From the NCBI GenBank assembly GCA_000004985.1, contig GG738861.1: DNA of 64,000 nucleotides; one strand, written 5' to 3'. The notes beneath the pieces are model-generated. The model was not told where the DNA came from, did no database searches, and worked only from the letters and a program-made list of their open reading frames with translations. Source of the stretch: Naegleria gruberi (Eukaryota). Positions 36,367 through 46,008 of the stretch are shown one piece after another (within the stretch, counting starts at the first letter, position 1; every line of letters begins with the position of its first letter). The position numbers and the translations under genes are program-made.

Positions 36367-37116
36367 ATGCAACCCATTCAACCACCAAACAAACAATCAT
36401 CATCAGCAACACCTTCTTTCCTTAATTCTCAGCAACGGAACCAACATGATGAAAAACAACCTGTGAATGATAATGAAGAACAAGATGAACTAAATTTATC
36501 AATTTATGAAGAGGATAATATCAGCACAGATGATGAATGTCATGATAATGGAATTTCCAATTTATCTTTGCATTCCAATCATCAAGAAGATGAAACAGAG
36601 GATGCATCTCCACTTGAGGAATTGAACAAATTCGTCTTCAACATTCATGCTTTCAGAGGTGAATTGTTAATGAATGAGACAAGTAATAATGCCACTATTC
36701 AAGTTTACAAAAATACAAATTATAGCTGTAGAAATTCAAATTTCAAGTTACATGATATTCCCTTGATATTCTTGGATGGTTGTAAAGATAATGTATTTTA
36801 TTGTAAGAAACATTGTGAGAAAGTGTATTCACATTCGAATCTCCATACCACAATTGACAGATTAGGTGGATCCACAACAAGAATTACAGCATTTGGACTT
36901 TCTTTATTGAAGAAGGCAATGGTGCTGATAAACAAGGAATCGAATAGTTTTGATACACTGCTATCTAATCATGCTCAACAGCTGGCTTTGGTTTCGTATA
37001 CAGGATTGATGCTAATGGCTAATAAGAAGAAGAATCAACCTGAATGGGACGAAACTGAATTATCTTCCTTTTACAAGCACAAGTTTATTATTGTATTGAA
37101 GGGAATTACTTTATAA
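36367..37116 (+). CDS. Hypothetical protein, acidic N-terminus, 249 aa
   Basis: ORF with AAAAAAAAA before the ATG. No recognisable domain. Its stop lies only 37 nt before the next ATG, so linkage to the next gene is possible. Confidence 0.5.
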   Translation: MQPIQPPNKQSSSATPSFLNSQQRNQHDEKQPVNDNEEQDELNLSIYEEDNISTDDECHDNGISNLSLHSNHQEDETEDASPLEELNKFVFNIHAFRGELLMNETSNNATIQVYKNTNYSCRNSNFKLHDIPLIFLDGCKDNVFYCKKHCEKVYSHSNLHTTIDRLGGSTTRITAFGLSLLKKAMVLINKESNSFDTLLSNHAQQLALVSYTGLMLMANKKKNQPEWDETELSSFYKHKFIIVLKGITL

Positions 37117-37153
37117 CTCAAATTGTTGTAATCATAAATTCGAATATTAAAAA

Positions 37154-38180
37154 ATGTCATATCTTCAACTCCCCACAGAGATGCACCACCAGATTCTATC
37201 CTATTTATCACCTTTTTGTGAATTATTCCACAATCAAATTGGTGGAAAACACTTGGATCCATTTATAAAGTTCATTCCGATAATATTGAACTTTCGATTG
37301 ATTCATCCAAATTATTCGAAATTAATTTCAAAATATGTAGATGAATTTTGTTGGAGTTTATTTGGAAATATGATGGATACTTATTCGATAGAACCCAAAG
37401 AAATTGATTTATTGAAAATTAAATTCACCAAAATTGGAATTGTGAAAAGTTTTGGTTCCTTTATTCATCTGATTCGAACAAGAGAAAAACAAATCCGATT
37501 CATCAGAAATTAAACTCTTTCTACTGGGAAGTGTGTACAGTGGCAAAACCTCAATTATTAAGAGATTTGTTTATAATCAGTTCACACAAGGTTATGAATC
37601 ACCTTCCTGTTTTTATGAAGAATTCAAACAAACAATTTCTATAGATCAAAGAGAAGAATCCATACTCTTAATAGATTCATTTGGGATCCTTAGTCGTTTC
37701 CTTCCATTTGAAGAACGTTATTATTGTAAAAAGATTAATTTCAATGTTTTGGTAATTGTTTGCTCAATGACGGAATATGAAAGTTTGCATGATTTGAAAC
37801 AAATATTGAGGAGATTTGTGGATGATAAGGGATTGAATGCTCCTTGTGTTGTGGCCATTAATAAGTGTGATCTTTTTCATCATTGTGTGGTTGATATAAG
37901 GGAGGTTAATGAAATTGTGGAAAATTTTGGATTGACTGATTATAAAATTATGGAGACGAGTGCAAAAACAGGAAAGAATATTGAAGAATTAGTGGAAGAA
38001 TGTGTTAGAAAGTTTAGAGAACGATTGAGAGATGTAAAAAGTGTTGTAGAACAAGTTCTGTTATTGGATCAAGAGGAGAAAGATGACAGAATGAGTATTT
38101 ACAAGATGGTGTTTATACCTCTTTGCTTTCTTTGGAATTTGATACTAAACTCGATTTTTCTCTGGAAGCTTAATGAATAG
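37154..38180 (+). CDS. F-box-like N-terminus joined to a Ras/Rab-like small GTPase with a hydrophobic C-terminal tail (2-exon model, 330 aa)
   Basis: Exon 1 (37154-37448) carries LPTEMHHQILSYLSP (F-box-like). A 34-nt GT..AG intron at 37449-37482 joins it in frame to 37483-38180. The GTPase P-loop LLGSVYSGKTS begins upstream of the track's GTG 'start' at 37533. G3 is LIDSFG, G4 is NKCD, G5 is ETSAK, and the tail is MVFIPLCFLWNLILNSIFLW. Confidence 0.5.
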
Positions 38181-38627
38181 AATCTCACCGACACGGAATT
38201 CACTAGACAAGTTTTCATTATTTTATGAAACAGAAAGGATAACCTTCTTAATGTTTCAAAAGATGCTAATCAAATAATTGGAAATGTTATAATCTATCAA
38301 CATTTCATTCTGTGGATCATCTTCTGAAATTCTGAATTGAATAGCAATGGAGCTTTGTTTAAAAGATAACTTGATAAGATTTGTTAATTAATTATAATTT
38401 ACAATTTTTCATGACTAACGTAATTCTCAACAATAACATACCAATTTGAAATTTGGTAAAACTGCAAATAGAATATTTTATTGGAAAGAAAAATAAAGGA
38501 GTCTAACCTTTGACTATTTTCTCGATGGAATTAGGAGATAAGGTTTTGAAAATTGGCAGATATGTTGATTACATACCAGTCTTCATATTATGAAAAAAAT
38601 TTTAAATTAAATAGTGAAGATAAAGTT

Positions 38628-38632
38628 AAAAA
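38628..38632 (-). terminator. Pol III terminator (T5) downstream of the tRNA-Asp 3' fragment
   Basis: In minus-strand sense: ...CACTCGA G ATTAATTTTTAAC. Confidence 0.6.
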
Positions 38633-38637
38633 TTAAT

Positions 38638-39092
38638 CTCGAGTGCCGGGAATTGAATTTCCTAATTTGGAAGATGACTTCAACAACCAAATAACAATAA
38701 TAAATTGGGTTATTAAATTAATGTTTATTAAATAGTGACCGTTAGGTCACTGATTGTTAATTAATTATTGATGATGATTTGTTGTTGAACAGATACTAAC
38801 CACCACCGATTGTTGTCATAATATTAAACACAGAGTAATCACCGTGTCGCCAAATTCCTTGATAATTATTCATAACTGTAACTTCTTGATCAAAAGGCAC
38901 TCGAGCAATAAACAATTTGATTTCACACAGCCAAAACTCTCGTTCATACTTTGGGTACCGGGAATGAAATTTCCAAATAAGGAATGACCGATATCATTCA
39001 ACTATTACTAACTCATACTCACACTAACAAAACAAATTGAACCCGGGTCGCCAGAGTGACAGTCTGGAATGCTACCACTATACCACACCCGA
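38638..39092 (-). tRNA. tRNA-Asp(GUC) gene split in the T-loop by a 377-bp insertion
   Basis: 5' part, 39092->39035: TCGGGTGTGGTATAGTGGTAGCATTCCAGACTGTCACTCTGGCGACCCGGGTTCAATT (A box, anticodon loop CTGTCAC). 3' part, 38657->38638: TTCAATTCCCGGCACTCGAG. Joining them at the duplicated TTCAATT gives a 71-nt cloverleaf with a 7-bp acceptor stem (one G-U) and the T stem CCGGG/CCCGG. Confidence 0.85.
38658..39034. mobile_element. Insertion in the T-loop of tRNA-Asp (377 bp, non-coding)
   Basis: Flanked by a direct TTCAATT on both sides. Its ends are homologous to those of the tRNA-Gly insertion. It contains the pseudo-T-arm motif GGAAATTTCATTCCCGGTACCCAA (38952-38980, minus sense) and the hairpin AGTGACC-GTTA-GGTCACT (38734-38751). 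Confidence 0.7.
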
Positions 39093-40166
39093 TTTCATAT
39101 TAAGTGATAAATATTATTGAATATATAGACGTATTTTCAACAATTTTAAATAATTCTACCAACACCAATCCTGTGGTGAGATCCAGTTTCAAACCCTTTT
39201 AAAGGCATCCATTGCCCATCAGTAATTATAAACGAGTTGATCTCACAATAGTTCCTCGGACAATATTCCAATTTCCTTCAACACGTATTCTTCTTCCAAT
39301 CTCTCAAGCCTTTCCATAAATTGCAATACAATAATGATTCAGAAGTATGAATAAATTCAATAGTATCACATTTACATATAGTACATTTAGAACATGATCA
39401 GCACAGCCATTAGTTTCCCAAATTCCACTCTCTGAAAATCTTAAAGATTCAGTACTATCAGTCTCGTGTAGAAATTAACAAGAATACTGTGATAATTCAT
39501 TCACTCACAGAATTCAATTCAGTAGGTGAAAAGACAGGAAAGTTAATTTGATCTACCTTAAAATTGGTTTCCATCTTTGTCTAGAATATCACCTTAATTC
39601 ATTGAACAAGGGAATTTTCTAGAATATACATGTTAACTTTGCAAGAGCTTATTTCAAAAGATCAACTCTTGACACAAGTGGAAAATTAATCAACTCAAAT
39701 TAACAATGCTGTTCAATCACTGATGTCAAATATTAAAGGGTTCATCCCTATCCCCAATTACTATTCTCTTAAAATCACATAACTTTATCCAAAATGATTT
39801 CCAGTGTTTTCCCTTCTTCATTCCAGAATTAACTGAAGAAATATCATCCACTCAACTAATCATCTCAATAATACATGTGTTTATCTCAAATTATAATGTA
39901 AATATATCCACAGCACACAATGTTGCAACTTGAATTGATTGGAAGAGTAGAGTCACTTTGGGATGATTAAATTTGTTGTAGCCTCTCCACTAAATGTTAA
40001 ACCAACAACAACAATAATACCATCCAATGATAATCAACAATTGACGGCCCTCCAACTAGAAAGGGACAAGAAATAACGATGTGATATTACTATCAATATG
40101 TATGTGGTGGGAATTGTGTGAGCAGATGCAAGAATATTGTAGATGAAGGTTTTCTATTTTTTATCA

Positions 40167-41707
40167 AACTTGATGAATTTTTTCCATGTTGAAAATTACA
40201 GTAAGTTGTTAATTGCAATGTTTGCTGATTGTTTGCTCGTAATGTTTGATGATGTGTTGAATGAAAATAATGAAAAGTCATATTGTAAAGTTGTTCTTCT
40301 TCACTTGACTTTCCACATTTAAAAAATGACCTCTAAAATAGTTTTTTAAACTTCAATTTGACTTGCCATCAATCACATCAATCATTCTATCATTAATTTT
40401 TCATTTAAATATTTTTTTAACACACAAATCATCAATTAAAAATCAAAAAAAAACAAATCCATTCAAATTCTATAAAAATGTCATTCTGTGAAGACGTTCA
40501 AGCCCTCGTTGTCGATAACGGTTCTGGTATGTGTAAAGCTGGTTTTGCTGGTGATGATGCTCCAAGAGCTGTCTTCCCTTCAATTATTGGTAGACCAAAG
40601 CAAAAGTCCATTATGGTTGGTATGGGTAATAAGGATGCCTATGTTGGTGATGAAGCTCAATCCAAGAGAGGTATTTTAACTTTGAAGTATCCAATTGAAC
40701 ACGGTATTGTTACCAATTGGGATGATATGGAAAAGATCTGGCATCACACTTTCTACAATGAATTGAGAGTTGCTCCAGAAGAACATCCAGTCTTGTTGAC
40801 TGAAGCTCCTTTGAATCCAAAGGCCAATAGAGAAAAGATGACTCAAATTATGTTTGAAACTTTCTCAGTTCCAGCTATGTACGTCGCTATTCAAGCTGTC
40901 TTGTCCTTGTATGCTTCTGGTAGAACTACTGGTATTGTTTTGGACTCTGGTGATGGTGTTTCCCACACTGTTCCTATCTATGAAGGTTATGCTTTGCCAC
41001 ACGCCATCTTGAGATTGGATTTGGCTGGTCGTGATTTGACTGATTATTTGATGAAGATTTTGATGGAAAGAGGTTATTCATTCAATACTACTGCTGAAAG
41101 AGAAATTGTCAGAGATATTAAGGAAAAGCTCTGTTATATTGCTTTGGATTTCGAAGCTGAAATGAAGGTTGCTGCTGAATCATCATCAGTTGAAAAGTCA
41201 TACGAATTGCCAGATGGTAATGTTATCACTGTTGGTAACGAAAGATTCAGATGTCCAGAAGTCTTGTTCCAACCAAACTTCATTGGTATGGAAGCTGCTG
41301 GTGTTCATGAAACTACTTTCAACTCCATTGGTAAATGTGATATTGACATCAGAAAGGACTTGTACGGTAACGTTGTCTTGTCTGGTGGTACTACTATGTT
41401 CGAAGGTATTGCTGAAAGAATGACCAAGGAATTGACTGCTATGGCTCCTGCTTCAATGAAGATTAAGGTTGTTGCTCCACCTGAAAGAAAGTACTCTGTC
41501 TGGATTGGTGGTTCCATCTTGGCTTCATTGTCCACTTTCCAACAAATGTGGATCACAAAGGAAGAATATGAGGATGCCGGTCCAGGTATTGTTCACAGAA
41601 AGTGTTTCTAAATCTATTGATTTTGAAACAATTCAATTCTCCCAAACAAACAACAAAAACTTGTTTGTAATAAAACTATTATGTAAAATTAAAATCAATC
41701 TGAATAC
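40167..41707. repeat. Right arm of the actin inverted duplication
   Basis: See the left arm (32752-34310). Confidence 0.9.
40478..41611 (+). CDS. Actin (conventional, 377 aa), intronless; protein identical to the 32846-33979 copy
   Basis: The ORF translation is identical residue for residue to the other copy. The nucleotide differences I counted are all third-position and synonymous. Confidence 0.97.
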
Positions 41708-42004
41708 TTTTTGTGTTGCGAAAGAGAAATTGAAATCTTTAACAAACTTCGAATAGGTTCAAAGTTATTATAGACAAAACTTGGAAATGAACTAAATTAA
41801 TCTTCCCTTAAATCAAAAAGATTCTCATTTACTCTCAAGCCCTTAAATAGTCATCATCAACATGTTGACTCTCTCTCGAATATTCGTCATCACCAACAGC
41901 ACGGAAGTTTAGGATGACGCACAAAAAGATATTATTCGTAAATAATGTACTTATGAATAAAATATATTTGGATCTATTCAAAAGGATCTAAAATAGAAAA
42001 AAAA

Positions 42005-44138
42005 ATGAGCAAACAAGAATTGCAGGAAACCATTGAAAAATCAACTAGCAAGACTGCTGCTGATGAGAGCAGTTTTGAAGAGGAAGAACATGAGGATATC
42101 ACTGCAGATGAACAAGTATTGCAAGATTTTTACAAGAAGGAAGCTCAGATTAAACAAGCTACTAAACCAAAGGAAGAAAAGCCGGTTGCTGCTTCTACTT
42201 ATGAAGATCAGGGAGAAGGTGCACATATGATTGAAATGCCATTAGATAAAACTAAGCTTTCCAAGACTGATATTAGGTCATTGCACAAAGATGAAGTAAA
42301 ACAAGCTAGAAAGGAATTGGACAAGCTTCCGAAGCCTCAAACTTTCCCAAATCATGCTGAAATTAGTTTCTTTGGTGCTTCAGGTACTGTTACTGGTAGT
42401 AAGCACATGATTACTTATGGATCTTTGAATGCTTTGATTGATTGCGGAATGTATCAAGGTTTGAAGGAACTTAGGTATGTTTTTTAATTCTTTCATTTGT
42501 TTTAATTAGATTAATTATCAAAGAGAGAGAAACTGGAAATTAATTTCATCATCAAAACCTGTTGAAACAATGTGTGATGCCATCATTATTACTCACTCTC
42601 ACTTGGATCACACTGGTTATCTTCCAAGGTATGTTTTTTATACAATGTTTTGATACAAATGAAAATTAAAACTATCAAAAATCATCAATCGGAATGAATA
42701 ATTTAATCTTCAATCATCATAATAATATCAAAATAGAATGGTTGCTCTTGGATTTACTGGACCAATCTACATGACAGAACAAACATTTAATTTGACCAAA
42801 CTAATCTTGTTGGATTCTGCTCGTTTACAAGAAGAAGATGCTCACTATGCCAATCACAAAGAAACTACTAAACATGAGGTTGCCCTTCCACTCTATTCCG
42901 AAGAAGATGTTCTCAACTGTTTCAAGTTGGTGAGAACTGTCAAGTATGGAGAAAAAATTGTTGTTAAAAGTAGATTGGATGAAGACAAATTCAGCTTTAA
43001 ATACTTTAATGCAGGACACTTGTTGGGATCATCGTTTGTTGAAATTACTCTTGACACAAAGGAAAAGATTATCTTTTCAGGAGATTTGGGAACTTTCCAC
43101 ACCTCCACTCCAATGCAACAACAACCTCAATTACCAATGGGAGCTGATTATGTTATTTGTGAAGCTACTTATGGTGGCAAGTCACACATTGATTTTGCAA
43201 CTGGTAGAGCTGCTGAGGATCAAGATTACATTATTGAAACTAAGGTTAAACCAGCGTTGAAACAAGCTGTTGAACATATTGTGGAAAATGATGGTGTAAT
43301 TCTTATTCCAGCTTTTGCCATTGGTCGTTCTCAAACTATTGCTTATCACTTGTTAAAGATGATGAGAGAGAAGGAAATTCCAACACTTCCTGTCCACATG
43401 AACTCTCCAATGTCAGTTGAAGCTCTTGATTTTTATCAACAATATTTATTGGACGAACATCAAAAGGATGCACACGAAATTTTGAGAGATGTCATTTGCC
43501 ATAATAGTGCTAAGGAATCTAAGGAACTTCACAAAAAGCTCAAGGATGGTTATTCTAAATGTGTCATTATCAGTAGTAGTGGTATGATGACAGGTGGTCG
43601 TTGTTTATTCCACTTTGAAGAATTGGCTCCTCATGAAAAGAACGTTCTCTTATTGAGTGGTTTCCAAGCTGAAGGTACAAGAGGTAGAGACTTGCTTAAT
43701 GGTGTCAGAGATATCAAATTATTGGGCAAGACTGTCAATGTTAAATGCCAAGTCATGCAAGTCCAAGGTTTGTCTGCTCACGGTGATACTGATGATGTTA
43801 TTAAATGGATTGAGGCTGCCAAAAATCCAAAACCAAAGATGGTTTTCGTTGTCCACGGAGAACCAACCTCACTCCGTAGTATGGCTAGAGAAATTTGTGT
43901 TGAATTGGATGTTAATGCTCTCGTTCCAAAGAGAGGTACAACATTCCACATGAGAACTGAACTCTCCTTCAGTCACAGTAGAAGAGCTAGTGTTGTTTCA
44001 ACCAATAACAGTTTACAAGATGTCATTTCAAGCAATATGCCTGATATTCCAAAACTTGGAAAGACCAATATGGTTCACGTGATGTATGCTGGTATTATTT
44101 TAATTGCCTTTATTGCCTTCCTTTTAAGATTCTTTTAA
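42005..44138 (+). CDS. Beta-CASP metallo-beta-lactamase-fold nuclease (bacterial-type), 658 aa, 3 exons, C-terminal TM anchor
   Basis: join(42005..42474, 42524..42628, 42737..44138), with both junctions in phase. Motifs: FFGASGTVTGSKHMI, DCGMYQGLKELR|ERNW, IIITHSHLDHTGYLPR, FVVHGEP. The acidic/Lys-rich N-extension is about 120 aa. The C-terminus is MVHVMYAGIILIAFIAFLLRFF. Confidence 0.8.
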
Positions 44139-44403
44139 ATTATTTGTAAATATATTTGACTTGTAAATTTCATTTGAATAATAATAAATTAAGTTATCCA
44201 CAACAATAAATAGGATGCTTCTCATTATTCTCTCTGCAGAGAGTTTCATCATCCATTGCACAATTCTTACTTTTTGTTCAACGGTAATGATACAAGTCAC
44301 AATCCACGCACTGATGATGACAAACACAAAAAAATTCCCTCTAACCTAATACAACGTGCTTTCATCACAACAAATAGAGAGGAAATTTTCATCATCAAAT
44401 AAT

Positions 44404-45781
44404 ATGGTCTCTAAATTATCATCAACAAGGAGTCTGTCGTCCTTTGCGATTGTACTCACCATTTTGTTCTCCATACTCGTATTGTGTAGTGCCGCAGATG
44501 AGAAGAAAACAGTTACCAGACAAACAAAAACCAACTCTGTCTATGAAACTCATGATGTTATCGATTTAGTGGTTGAAAAGTTGTGGTCTAAATACAACCC
44601 ATCAGAAACTTATAGTTATAAACAATTACCATTTTGCGATGCTAAAGGATCAACAGATACTTCATTGGGTGAAGAACTTACTGGTAGTGCTGATTCTGTC
44701 ATTTCAAATTATGATATTAGATTTGAAGGTTTGTTATTGCTTGTGTTAATTCAATCCCACTTACTATTAATTCTTTTCAACAATTTACTTTGATTGTATT
44801 ATTTTCTTTCTAATAATAATAATACCTAACAACAATAATACAATAATTAACATTAATAATGATAATGATAATAATAATTGATAATGTAAAATTCTAGTCG
44901 ATGTTCCTGCCGAGACTGAACTTTGCTCCAAGTCATTGAACAAGGAAGATTTGTCACTTTTACGTTCCTCAATCAAGGAAGATTATCTCATGCTCATGTA
45001 TTATGATGGTATTCCAATGATTGTTCACATTGGTTATTATGACACTGTTGAACACAAGTATTATCTTTACAATAGCTACAAATTCTCTTTGACTTACAAT
45101 GGTAATCATGTTATTACTGCTGTTGCTCAACCTTCTTCCAAGGTTGATATTTCTTCCGATGATGTTACTCTCATCAAGTTTAAATATTCAGCTGAATGGC
45201 AACAAACAGCCAAACAATACGTTACACGTGTTAATTACTTTATTGGTATGAACTTTAATAGTGATGAATTGGAAATCCAATGGTTCTCAATTATTAACAG
45301 CTTGATCTTTATCCTTGTTTTGACATCATTCTTGACATTTATCATTATTCGTATGCTCAGAAAGGATTATGATGCTATGGATTTGGTAATACACTATATT
45401 GAACTCCATTATTTGTATTTGAGTATGTGGGGTCAATATGGTCACGTTCCATTCCCAATTGTTTTGATGGTTGTCTTGATTTTGATTGCTGTCACTAGTT
45501 GCATTACCATTTCTCTCATTTATTTGACTCTCTCACAAGAAAACCACAATTGGTGGTGGAGAAGTATCAAGTTTGGTGGTACTAGCAGTATTTTCGTTTT
45601 TGGTTATTCCCTCTATTACTACATTATGGAAAGTGGCATGTCAGGCACTCTCCAAACAACCTTCTTTGTTGGTTACAACTTGGTTATTGCCTTTGCTGTT
45701 TTCTTAATGATGAGTACTGTTGGTTTCCTCTCTAGTTTGACCTTTGTCAAGAATATTTATAGTTCTATTAAGTGTGAATAA
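44404..45781 (+). CDS. TM9SF (nonaspanin/EMP70)-like protein, unusually short (402 aa), 2 exons
   Basis: join(44404..44728, 44898..45781). The intron is 169 nt, AT-rich, with GTTTGT...TAG ends. Signal peptide: FAIVLTILFSILVLCSA. N-domain: YSYKQLPFCD...LGEELTGS. C-terminal hallmark: LSQENHNWWWRS...VGFLSSLTFVKNIYSSIKCE. Confidence 0.75.
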
Positions 45782-46008
45782 ATTTGATAATTTTTGTAAA
45801 ATTCAATTAGTTTTATTCATTAATGAACGGAGCAATCTCTGTTGTTGTCAATTAGGTTGATAAGTTTGACCTTGCTCTCATTGTAAAGGAAAAAAAGATT
45901 TGAAAAAGATTGTGGAATTTCCAACATTCATCAGATAACATTCTCCGTACAACCAACTGGTGTTGATGTTTTAATAATCACACGATAAAAAACCAGCACA
46001 CACACAAG

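Noticed and set aside
38646-38980. The GGAAATTYCATTCCCGG motifs read as Dictyostelium-style external B boxes downstream of tRNA genes
   Set aside because: An external B box would sit downstream of an intact gene. Here each gene's own T-arm is broken and its true 3' end is hundreds of bp away, so regulation alone does not explain the structure. A B-box-like function for the motif is not excluded.
38658-39034. T-loop interruption read as a bona fide tRNA intron (archaeal or red-algal style non-canonical position)
   Set aside because: At 377 and 1334 nt, the insertions are far longer than known tRNA introns. They share transposon-like homologous ends and a duplicated 7-mer, and I see no bulge-helix-bulge at the junctions. 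This remains an alternative that only RNA data can exclude.
42005-44138. Bacterial contamination as the source of the bacterial-like beta-CASP gene
   Set aside because: The gene has two GT-AG introns, host-like AT-rich codon usage and an A-rich start context. It is also flanked by clearly eukaryotic genes on the same contig.
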